Virus record (IMG/VR): IMGVR_UViG_3300021371_000049
Location: 1-37,344 of that record
DNA: 37,344 bases
Source of the DNA: a virus
Lineage: Duplodnaviria > Caudoviricetes
Reading direction: 5' to 3' (one strand)
Under the pieces are notes generated by a model. It saw only the letters and a list, made by a program, of their open reading frames with translations, was not told the DNA's origin and made no database searches. Each line of letters starts with the position of its first letter. Within the stretch, counting starts at the first letter, position 1. The position numbers were made by a program, and so were the translations under genes. This document shows, piece after piece, positions 16,324 through 25,113 of this stretch.

Positions 16324-17097
16324 ATGGCAGAAGAAATTAATACACACGTAGAACCTCAGGGAGAAAGCGCAGAGCACGTAGAGGCTATGCTTGAGGCAGC
16401 CGAAGGGCTTGAACAAGTACCGTCAGATCGTCCTGACTGGCTCCCTGAGAAGTTTGCAGATGTAGAACAAATGGCACAAGCCTACGAAAACTTGGAGAAA
16501 CGTTTAGGTTCTGAGGAACCAGAGTCCCAAGCAGAAGAAGAGTTTGAGTCTTACGAAGAAGCCGAGCAAACAGTATCCGAGGTATCTGACCTTCTGGATG
16601 ATGCAGGTTTAGACTTCGAGGTTCTACAACAAGAATATATGCAACAAGGAGAGTTATCTCCTGAAGCATATGAAGCCTTAGAAGAAGCAGGCTTTCCTGA
16701 AGAGTTAGTCGAAACTTGGATAGCAGGACAGGAAGCGCTGACTCAAGGCATAGAAGCGTCCGTTTACGATTTAGTAGGCGGTCAAGAATCTTACGGTGAT
16801 ATGCTTAATTGGGCAGCAGATAACTTGAGCGATGCTCAGGTTGAAGCCTATGACAGGGCTGTAGGTTCTGGAGACATTGAGTTGGTGAACTTGGCAGTTC
16901 AAGGCTTACAGTCTCAGTATCAGGCTAGTGAAGGAATAGCACCACAGCTCTTAGGTGGTGATAACAATACTTCAGTAGGCGGTAGGTTTGGTTCGTGGTC
17001 TGAAGTCACCACTGCCATGTCTGACCCAAGATACGATACTGATATGGCTTATCGCCAACAAGTCGCTAATAAATTAGCCAATAGCGACATTAAATAG
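16324..17097 (+). CDS. Capsid scaffolding protein (gp9-like)
   Basis: RPDWLPEKF, VGGQESY...WA, AMSDPRY; acidic. Confidence 0.93.
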   Translation: MAEEINTHVEPQGESAEHVEAMLEAAEGLEQVPSDRPDWLPEKFADVEQMAQAYENLEKRLGSEEPESQAEEEFESYEEAEQTVSEVSDLLDDAGLDFEVLQQEYMQQGELSPEAYEALEEAGFPEELVETWIAGQEALTQGIEASVYDLVGGQESYGDMLNWAADNLSDAQVEAYDRAVGSGDIELVNLAVQGLQSQYQASEGIAPQLLGGDNNTSVGGRFGSWSEVTTAMSDPRYDTDMAYRQQVANKLANSDIK

Positions 17098-17104
17098 TCT
17101 CTTA

Positions 17105-17127
17105 GCCCCCTTCGGGGGGCGTTTTAT
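17105..17127 (+). terminator. GC hairpin with UUCG loop before the capsid gene
   Basis: GCCCCC-TTCG-GGGGGC followed by GTTTTAT. Confidence 0.6.
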
Positions 17128-17213
17128 CTCAAGAACAAGAACACAAAGCTAATTACCTTTGACCCTCTGCGGAGGATAATCTCAGAGAAAGGAAGAGTGT
17201 TAGGTGACTGAGA
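17127..17213 (+). other. Structured capsid mRNA leader (long interrupted hairpin)
   Basis: Nested pairings TCTCA/TGAGA, AACAC/GTGTT, CCTTT/AAAGG, CCTC-TGCG-GAGG. Confidence 0.5.
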
Positions 17214-17254
17214 ACTTTCATTCATTTAAACATTTAACTAAAAGGTAACAAATT

Positions 17255-18250
17255 ATGACAACTTACGCAAGTACAGCCTCACGCTTAGGTGCGGTAAACG
17301 GTGCAGCAGGCTCAGACACTCCTACACATCGTGACTTATTTCTTAAAGTCTTTTCGGGTGAAGTATTAACAGCCTTCAACACTACAAACATCGCTATGCC
17401 TTTGCATAACGTCCGCACTATTGCAAGCGGTAAGTCGGCTCAATTCCCTCTTACTGGTGTTTCTACTGCGGGTACTTTAGCAGCAGGCGCAGAAATCACA
17501 CCAACAGCTATCAATCATAACGAAAAAGTTATTAACGTTAATGACTTGTTAGTTAGTTCAGCGTTTATTGCTAACGTTGAGGAAGCGATGAATCACTACG
17601 ATGTTCGCTCTATCTACTCTAAGCAGATTGGTGAAGCTCTAGCTAAAGAAGCTGACATTGCTATCTTTGAGTCTATTGCTAACGCTTCTCTTGGTAAAGA
17701 CAACGCAGGTGTTACACTACCTCGTGCAGATACCTCTACCACTATCGGTACTGGTAATGACGTTCTTTCTGGCGAAGCCATTGGTTCTATCTCTGGTCAA
17801 GAAGGTGCAGACCTTATCTTCTCTGCCTTACAGAAACTAGACGAAAACAACGTTAGCGGCGAGCGTTATGTAGTCCTACCACCTGCATTGTACTACGCAA
17901 TGTTCAAAGGTACTTCTAACAGCATGGCAGGTTTCATGTCATCTGACTTCGGTTCTGGCGGTAACGCTAACACTGGTACTGTACCAATGATCGGTGGTGC
18001 TAAAGTCTATATGTCTAACAACCTACCTACTGAAGCCTCAACAAACTATCAGCATGGTGCAGGTGCTGAAGACGTACAAGCGTTAGTATTTACTAAAGAA
18101 GCTGCTGCTACAGTTAAGTTGCTTGATCTTGGCGTTGAGTCTGAGTACTTAATCCAAAACCAAGGTACTTTAATGGTAGCTAAGTACGCAATGGGACATG
18201 ATGCCTTACGTGGCGAATGTGCTGTTCGTGTTGTACAATCAAACTCATAA
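17255..18250 (+). CDS. Major capsid protein (gp10-like)
   Basis: LFLKVFSGEVLTAF, GKSAQFP, HYDVRS, KYAMGH. Confidence 0.97.
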   Translation: MTTYASTASRLGAVNGAAGSDTPTHRDLFLKVFSGEVLTAFNTTNIAMPLHNVRTIASGKSAQFPLTGVSTAGTLAAGAEITPTAINHNEKVINVNDLLVSSAFIANVEEAMNHYDVRSIYSKQIGEALAKEADIAIFESIANASLGKDNAGVTLPRADTSTTIGTGNDVLSGEAIGSISGQEGADLIFSALQKLDENNVSGERYVVLPPALYYAMFKGTSNSMAGFMSSDFGSGGNANTGTVPMIGGAKVYMSNNLPTEASTNYQHGAGAEDVQALVFTKEAAATVKLLDLGVESEYLIQNQGTLMVAKYAMGHDALRGECAVRVVQSNS

Positions 18251-18262
18251 GTTTGACACTTT

Positions 18263-18299
18263 GAGAGCACCCCTTCGGGGGTGTTTCTCTTTATTTTTT
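18263..18299 (+). terminator. T-phi-like terminator after the capsid gene
   Basis: GAGAGCACCCC-TTCG-GGGGTGTTTCTC followed by a T-rich tract. Confidence 0.85.
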
Positions 18300-18312
18300 C
18301 ATTGAGGTTTCT

Positions 18313-18936
18313 ATGACTAGCCCAACAACCAAACTAGAAGCTGTTAATGTGATGCTCTCTACACTAGGGGAAGCTCCAGTAAATAGCTTAAACTCTGGTC
18401 TTATTGATGCTGAAATGGCTGAACAGATTTTAGATAATGTAAACAGAGAAGTACAAGCCCAAGGTTGGAATTTTAATACTGAAACTGATTATACAATAGC
18501 AGTCAACACCGCAGGTGAGATTGAATTACCTAGTAACTTTGTTAGGGTTGATCTAGCTAAATCAGAAACAAAATTCAGAAGCTCTAAGAATGAGTACGTC
18601 CAACGAGGCAACAGAATTTACGATACCATAAAACATACTTATGCTATCGACAAAGCTCTAAAGCTAGACGCAGTAGTCTTGCTAGACTTTGAACTAATAC
18701 CCGAAGTAGCTCGAAGATACATAGCTATCAGAGCATCTCGAATCTTCCAAGAACGTGTATTAGGCAGTACTAATATGTCTGCACAGAACAGAGCAGATGA
18801 GCAACAGGCTCAACTAGCCTTGATAGATATGGAAGGTGATAGTGGTGACTATAACATATTTGATGATTATGGCACTTACAGTGTAATAGACAGAACAAGC
18901 ACTTCAAAGGTGATTACTAATGGCACTAGCTTCTAA
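18313..18936 (+). CDS. Tail tubular protein A (gp11-like)
   Basis: LEAVNVMLSTLGEAPV, GWNFNTE, RYIAIRASRIFQ. Confidence 0.93.
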   Translation: MTSPTTKLEAVNVMLSTLGEAPVNSLNSGLIDAEMAEQILDNVNREVQAQGWNFNTETDYTIAVNTAGEIELPSNFVRVDLAKSETKFRSSKNEYVQRGNRIYDTIKHTYAIDKALKLDAVVLLDFELIPEVARRYIAIRASRIFQERVLGSTNMSAQNRADEQQAQLALIDMEGDSGDYNIFDDYGTYSVIDRTSTSKVITNGTSF

Positions 18937-21900
18937 GAGCGTCCCTAACTTAATTAATGGGGTTACGCAACAACCACCAGAGTTACGGTTAAACAACCAA
19001 TTAGAAGTCCAAGAGAATGGTTATCCAGATGTGGTTGAAGGGTTGCGTAAAAGACCCCCAAGTTTATTTTTAAACTACTTACTAAAGTGTTCTAGCAGTT
19101 GGACAGCAGGTGTAAGCACCAGTGATTTAACTACATCAAACACTGAAAGACTTACGTCTTCAGAGTTAGCCAATGCTTTAGTACATTCTTACAAAAGAGA
19201 TAGTGATGAAACATACACTGTCTTAGTAGTCCCTCAGGAATCTGGAGGAGTAGTTCAAGACCCCTTGCTTTTAGTTTATGATGAGGAAGGTAACTTAAGA
19301 TACCAAGCAGGTAAGTCAAGTTGGTTAGCTGACGGTTCTTCTATAACGTATCAAGACGGTGATGTAACGCTGTATGGTAACTCTGATTCTACAACTTACT
19401 TAAAAAATGCAACACCTGACAATAGTATAAAAGCTACCTCTGTAGCTGACGCTACTTTCTTAGTGAATACAAATACTATTGTAAAATTAAACCCTGATAG
19501 AATCCCTAGCAAAACGGGTAACTCTTGTTTAGTACATTTTAAAACAGTAAACTACAACAAAGACTACAGATTAACTTTTGAGTCTTTAGAAAATAGCCAA
19601 AGACTTGTAGCACAAGCTTCTACAGACGACCCTAGCAGTAATACACATTATAACGAACTCAAAGTATCTACAGCAGCCACAGCTTTGCGAGATGATGTAA
19701 TATCTGAAAGCTCTCAAGCAGGAGCTACTGTTTATTTTAGCGGTAGAAGCGACAAACAAACTACAGAAGAAAAAAAAGATAACACTTGGTCTGATAGTGC
19801 ATTAATACCCTACCTTAGATTTTCAAAAACACAGGGCGTTATAGACGATGGTAGTCCTGCTACAGGAACTTTCGCTCCTTCAGGACAACTAACGGTTATT
19901 GTAGGCGATAACTCAATGGTTTATTCCCCAACTGAGCAATCAGCTTGGGATACTTTCAACAGATTACCTAAAAACGGTTGGGTATATTCTGACGGTACTG
20001 ACTCTACTCCATCTGGAATAGTGTTCCCAAGGTCTATCGCAAGTCTTAGGTATTCTGATAGTTGGTACGATCACGACAGTGATGAGTATTACGACACAAG
20101 ATGGGTAACCGTTCCTCCTATCTCTACGGTTGACCAAAACCCTGCTAGTGCTAGTTTAGTAGTCACACCGACTATTAGTAGAGGCGAAGGTTATTTTGTA
20201 GTTACAAGTCCTTCTGATGGAACTTTTGGTGATTTTAACGTTTTTGTTTCAGATGATAATGGAGGTAACGATTTAGTTGCTATAAAAGGCACTGCTAAAT
20301 CTTTTGCAGACCTTCCTAACCAATGTGTAGAAGACTATAAATTGACTGTTACAGGAGATGGTAGTAAAGGAGAAGATGACTACCATGTTATCTTTAAAGG
20401 TGCAGGAGGCTCAGGTATATGGAGAGAAAGTGTAGAAGGTGGTTTACAAAACGACTTTGATAACACCACCATGCCTCATCAACTTAGACAAGACCCTAAA
20501 ATACTAGGAAGTCTTCGGTTTTCTTTTGAACCTTTGTCTTTTACTTCTCGTTTAGTAGGGGACGAACTCACCAATCCTGCTCCTAGTTTCGTAGAGAATA
20601 CTATTAGTGATATTTTCTTTTATAGAAACCGCTTAGCTTTTTTATCTGAGGATAATGTAATCTTTAGTGAAAACGGAGACTACTTTAATTTTTATAGAAC
20701 TACCGTTAGGACACTTTTAGATAGCGACCCTATTGATATAGCTATAGCAAGTACTGACGTGTCTACACTTAAAGCTGCCACAGCAGTGCAAGATTACTTG
20801 TTATTGTTCTCAGAGCAGAACCAGTTTACTTTATCCTCTGCTCAGTTACTCACACCTACAGACGTTAAGGCTGACTTATCTACTCAATACGAGTGTGATT
20901 TAACAGCACCCCCTGTAACAGCAGGTAACAGTGTGTTTTTTGCTACAGCAAACCAGTATTACTCAGGTATTCGAGAGTATGTAACAAACCCTAATACTGA
21001 AATAAACGAAGCACCTTTAGTTACTAACCATGTTCCTGAATACATACAAGGAACTATAACTAAAATAGCAGCATCTACCAATAAGAATATGCTTTTATGT
21101 TTGAACAGTGTAGATAAAAAAGTTGTTTATGTGTACAAATGGTATGACAGCGATAGCCAAAGACTCCAAAGTGCTTGGTCAAAATGGATATTTGATAAGG
21201 ACGTGTTAAACATCTCCTTCAATAACTCTAGGATGTACATAACATTTGGTGATGGTTGTTTTGAAGAACTAGATTTAGCTTCTAATGAGCAGTCTATTAC
21301 TTTTGCACAAACAGCTACTTTTCTAGGTACTTCAGACCTTTCCTTAGGTGCAGGTACGTATGCACAATCAGACATAATGAGCTATTCATACAATAACGAA
21401 TTGTTACTCGCAGGTTTTGTTTTAAGGTTTGAAGACCTTTTCAACACGCCTGTAATAGAGTTTACTGCTCTACCAACTCTTCTTAATGCAGGGTTTAACG
21501 GATTAACATTTAACGGTGAAACGTATCTTACTTCGGCTGCTACAGTAATTGAAAACTCAGACGGAAGTAAGAAGTTTACTTGGGTTCCTACAGGTTCTCA
21601 AGTTGATGCCGTACAAGCCATTGTAGATGCAGATGCTTCTACTAGATTTGAGTTGCCAGTTCTTCTTGAATCCGAAGTTAGTTACACAGGCACAGCTTAT
21701 GATGTTTACTTAGATCACCGTAGAAAGTTAAACAGTACTAACTCTGCTACATTCAGCCTTAGCGATATACCCTCATCTGACTTAACAGCATCTACTAAAT
21801 TTGTAGATCACTTAGGTGTGGTAATCGCTACAGGGACAAGCAGTGCTGAGCTAGATAAAGTAGTTAATTATATAAATGGTAAGACTCATACTGAGAATGG

Positions 21901-22303
21901 GTCTCTTCTTTATAACTACCTTTATGCGGGAGAGCCTTACACGTTCAAAGCTACATTATCAGAGCCAGTGTTTGACTACGGTAAGAAAGACGCTTCTAAG
22001 TTAGCTAGAATGCAAATACGTAGTTTTAACGTATCCTTTAGCGATACAGCATTCTTTAACTTCAAAGTAAAAGCTAAAGATAGAGACGAAGTAGTTTCGA
22101 CTTACACAGCTAAACACTTTGGTGATTCTGAAAATACTTTAGGCTTCCTGCCCAACATTCAGTATGGTGATAAGAAGTTTAGTGTTTTATCGAACGCTAC
22201 TAATGTAAAACTAACCCTTGAAAATGATTCACACTTACCCTCAACATTCCAAAGTGGTGAGTATGAAGTCATGTTTCATTACAGAAACCCAGTAAGGTTA
22301 TAA
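18920..22303 (+). CDS. Tail tubular protein B / nozzle (gp12-like), enlarged
   Basis: PNLINGVTQQP, GLRKRP, TMPHQL, PSFV, NRLAFLS, DSDPID, QSAWSKW. Confidence 0.92.
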   Translation: MALASKSVPNLINGVTQQPPELRLNNQLEVQENGYPDVVEGLRKRPPSLFLNYLLKCSSSWTAGVSTSDLTTSNTERLTSSELANALVHSYKRDSDETYTVLVVPQESGGVVQDPLLLVYDEEGNLRYQAGKSSWLADGSSITYQDGDVTLYGNSDSTTYLKNATPDNSIKATSVADATFLVNTNTIVKLNPDRIPSKTGNSCLVHFKTVNYNKDYRLTFESLENSQRLVAQASTDDPSSNTHYNELKVSTAATALRDDVISESSQAGATVYFSGRSDKQTTEEKKDNTWSDSALIPYLRFSKTQGVIDDGSPATGTFAPSGQLTVIVGDNSMVYSPTEQSAWDTFNRLPKNGWVYSDGTDSTPSGIVFPRSIASLRYSDSWYDHDSDEYYDTRWVTVPPISTVDQNPASASLVVTPTISRGEGYFVVTSPSDGTFGDFNVFVSDDNGGNDLVAIKGTAKSFADLPNQCVEDYKLTVTGDGSKGEDDYHVIFKGAGGSGIWRESVEGGLQNDFDNTTMPHQLRQDPKILGSLRFSFEPLSFTSRLVGDELTNPAPSFVENTISDIFFYRNRLAFLSEDNVIFSENGDYFNFYRTTVRTLLDSDPIDIAIASTDVSTLKAATAVQDYLLLFSEQNQFTLSSAQLLTPTDVKADLSTQYECDLTAPPVTAGNSVFFATANQYYSGIREYVTNPNTEINEAPLVTNHVPEYIQGTITKIAASTNKNMLLCLNSVDKKVVYVYKWYDSDSQRLQSAWSKWIFDKDVLNISFNNSRMYITFGDGCFEELDLASNEQSITFAQTATFLGTSDLSLGAGTYAQSDIMSYSYNNELLLAGFVLRFEDLFNTPVIEFTALPTLLNAGFNGLTFNGETYLTSAATVIENSDGSKKFTWVPTGSQVDAVQAIVDADASTRFELPVLLESEVSYTGTAYDVYLDHRRKLNSTNSATFSLSDIPSSDLTASTKFVDHLGVVIATGTSSAELDKVVNYINGKTHTENGSLLYNYLYAGEPYTFKATLSEPVFDYGKKDASKLARMQIRSFNVSFSDTAFFNFKVKAKDRDEVVSTYTAKHFGDSENTLGFLPNIQYGDKKFSVLSNATNVKLTLENDSHLPSTFQSGEYEVMFHYRNPVRL

Positions 22304-22304
22304 T

Positions 22305-22778
22305 ATGACACACCACTACAGACCCAGTGTGCTTGGGGATTGCGATCTAATCGCTCCCTATATGCGTACACAGGACGTTAAAGAGATAGACTATAGTCAT
22401 GGTTTATCTCCTTTAGATTCCCTTCAGCAGTGCTTTATAAGCTCTCAGGAGTGTAACACAATCGTACACGCTGACGGGACTGTAGTGGGTATGTTCGGTG
22501 TTTGTGATTATGGTACTGTTGCAAGTCCTTGGTTATTAGGTACTGATAAGTTACTAGAAACTAAAAGAGTGATGTTACCTGTCTCAGCTAAGTGGGTAGA
22601 AGAGATAAATGTCAAGTACCCTCTTCTACTTAACTACGCTCATGTAGAAAACACAGTCTCAATTAAGTGGCTAAAATCTCTAGGTTTTAAATTTATAAAA
22701 CTAGAACAAGAACATGGTGTAGGTAAACAACCTTTTTATCAATTTGTGAGGATAGGAAAATGTGTCATATCGCAATAG
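22305..22778 (+). CDS. gp13-like (GNAT-like) protein
   Basis: PWLLGT, LLNY..N..SIKWLKSLGF; synteny. Confidence 0.8.
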   Translation: MTHHYRPSVLGDCDLIAPYMRTQDVKEIDYSHGLSPLDSLQQCFISSQECNTIVHADGTVVGMFGVCDYGTVASPWLLGTDKLLETKRVMLPVSAKWVEEINVKYPLLLNYAHVENTVSIKWLKSLGFKFIKLEQEHGVGKQPFYQFVRIGKCVISQ

Positions 22779-23308
22779 CCATAGGCTTAGGAGCGTTACA
22801 AGCACAGCAACAAGCTCGGCAAGCAAAAGCAATGGCAGTAGCTCAAGGTAAGATGTTTGAGGCAAACGCCAAGAACTCTATGGAAGCTTTTGTTAATGAA
22901 ACTCAACAGCTTAATCTAAGGGAGCGTCAAGAAAAAGAAAAAGCAATGGCAGCTAAAATGCAAAGCGATCTTCAAGCTATGCAGTTAGAATCAAGAGGTA
23001 AGGTTGCAAGCGCAAACTCTGGAGTATTCCTAAACAACAATGCAGCAATGCAAAACTTAGCTAGACAAGGCTTAGTTTCAGGAACAAGTATCCAGTCTAA
23101 CTTAGGGCAAGTTGAAGATCAATTACAAATGGCTCGTTATGGGGCAGCGACTACTTACCAAAGTCGTATTAATTCTGTAGCAGCTCCTACGTTTAATAAA
23201 AGCAACGTAATGCTTGGCGCAGGTTTATCAGGAGCACAGACAGGTATGGCATACTACTCAGCTTTTGGTGGTGGTGGTGCACCTGCAAGCAGCACTGCTG
23301 TAACTTAA
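22760..23308 (+). CDS. Internal virion protein (gp14-like)
   Basis: MC start; Ala/Gln-rich helical; synteny. Confidence 0.75.
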   Translation: MCHIAIAIGLGALQAQQQARQAKAMAVAQGKMFEANAKNSMEAFVNETQQLNLRERQEKEKAMAAKMQSDLQAMQLESRGKVASANSGVFLNNNAAMQNLARQGLVSGTSIQSNLGQVEDQLQMARYGAATTYQSRINSVAAPTFNKSNVMLGAGLSGAQTGMAYYSAFGGGGAPASSTAVT

Positions 23309-23322
23309 TAGGAACTAAATAA

Positions 23323-25104
23323 ATGCCTAAATCATTATTTGAAGTCATGGGCGATACAAATGACTTAATTAGACCAGATGCCCCTACAGCCGTTGCCGCC
23401 CCAGTAGATACGTTTGTTAGGGCTAAGAGTGCTGAGCAGCATTTACAACAAGACTCTAAGTTTCAAACAGCTAAGGCTATAGAAAGTTTAATAGGCACTG
23501 CTATAGATGTAGGCGAACAGCTTACAGATGCTAGGGTTAAATCTGAAACTTATGACGCACAGCTACAGTATCAAGAAGCTGACGCTAAGTGGGAAAACTG
23601 GAAGGTAAACAATCAAGATGATTACCAAGCTATGTCTCCCCCAGATAGAGAGAAAAAGTTTAACGAGTTCTTTGCTCCTGTAGTCTCTGAAGATTTTCAC
23701 CCAAGAGTACAGAAACAGCTTTCAAGCACAATCTCAGAAACTCTTTACAAAGAATCTTTAAGTAACATCCCCGCAGACTTTGAAAGAGCTGTAGATAACA
23801 AAGCCAATAGCATATTTGATATAGTGCGTACAAGGGAAGAAGCAGGCGAAGGCGCTGATGTTTTAAGCCCTTTCTTAAACGAACAGCTTAAAGAGTTAGG
23901 AAACCTTTACGGAGTTCCTCAAAAAGAGCTTAATGCTTTAGTAAGAGAAAAAGCTATAGCAGACTTAGGTGTAGGAAGTGCGTCAATGTACAACTACGCT
24001 CAAGAGTATAAGATGTTCGGTACAAGCGAAAGTATACGAGCAGGCGATGATAAGAAATTAGCTACGGCTAAGTCTCAATATCAAGTAGCTGTAGCAAAAG
24101 CAAGAGAGCTTCAACAGGTACAAGACACAGTAAAGAAAATAACAGCAGGTGAAGACATTGGTGTTGTTTCAGAAGATGTCTCTAAGAAAGCAGGAGAAGC
24201 TCTTGAAGCAGAAGCTAGAAGTCGTGAAGGTGCTTACCTAAACGCTTATACATCGGCATCTGCGGGCGATCCCAAAAAGGCTGCGGGTTTTAAACAACAA
24301 TATAAAACAGAAATAGCTAGAACAGCAAGACAGCATGGAGCTTTAGGTCAAAAGAATGCAGATCACGAGCAGTCTTTAGCCGTAGGTTTAAGTCAGCTTA
24401 CATCGGGAGCATCTTTAACTAACGCTCCTTCTATACTACGTGGGCTAACTGTTTATGAAACTTATAAAGAAGATCAATCTTTCTTACTAGATGAAATGGT
24501 AACGTCAGAGCAACAGGCTGACTACGAAGTTGCACTTGCACATTTTAAACGTGATGGTATACAAGCTGCTATAGACTTTATGAAAAGACCTAAGATTGAT
24601 AAGAGTCAAGTAGATGACAAGGTTGAACTATCAGACCTTGAAGACACCTTTGACCCTTTCTTAGGTGGTTTTATACGTAGACCTACGAGTGCTGCTAACT
24701 TTGCAGGTCAGTACGTTGACTATGCTATAGGCTTACAACAGCGAGGCTATTCTAAGTCGGCTGCTCTACAGAAAGCTAGTGAAAACTTTAAAACTAGGTA
24801 TATGGAATTTGAAGGTGGTTTAATTGACTTGAACCCCATACAACAAGAAGTATACCACCAAGCTAATAAAGGAATAAACGTAACTCCTACAAACATTCCT
24901 GCTATCTTTGAAAAGTATATAGACTTTGTAAAAGAAGAGATACCTTACTTAGATAACGAGAATTTAAGCTTTAGAGCCTCAGGTATAAACCAGTACATTT
25001 TAGTTACTGACGAAGGTGTGCGGGTTGCTCTTGATGATGGTGAAGAGTTTATTGATGCTATTGTAACTACAGAAGAGTTAGTAAATAACTTTACAAAAAA
25101 CTAA
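23323..25104 (+). CDS. Internal virion protein (gp15-like)
   Basis: APVDTFV near N-terminus; size and synteny. Confidence 0.7.
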   Translation: MPKSLFEVMGDTNDLIRPDAPTAVAAPVDTFVRAKSAEQHLQQDSKFQTAKAIESLIGTAIDVGEQLTDARVKSETYDAQLQYQEADAKWENWKVNNQDDYQAMSPPDREKKFNEFFAPVVSEDFHPRVQKQLSSTISETLYKESLSNIPADFERAVDNKANSIFDIVRTREEAGEGADVLSPFLNEQLKELGNLYGVPQKELNALVREKAIADLGVGSASMYNYAQEYKMFGTSESIRAGDDKKLATAKSQYQVAVAKARELQQVQDTVKKITAGEDIGVVSEDVSKKAGEALEAEARSREGAYLNAYTSASAGDPKKAAGFKQQYKTEIARTARQHGALGQKNADHEQSLAVGLSQLTSGASLTNAPSILRGLTVYETYKEDQSFLLDEMVTSEQQADYEVALAHFKRDGIQAAIDFMKRPKIDKSQVDDKVELSDLEDTFDPFLGGFIRRPTSAANFAGQYVDYAIGLQQRGYSKSAALQKASENFKTRYMEFEGGLIDLNPIQQEVYHQANKGINVTPTNIPAIFEKYIDFVKEEIPYLDNENLSFRASGINQYILVTDEGVRVALDDGEEFIDAIVTTEELVNNFTKN

Positions 25105-25113
25105 GGATAATTT

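Noticed and set aside
17200-17208. TTAGGTGAC resembling the SP6 promoter
   Set aside because: Not followed by ACTATAG and does not match this phage's core
18200-18262. T7 10B-type capsid frameshift extension
   Set aside because: No slippery sequence seen, and a terminator follows directly
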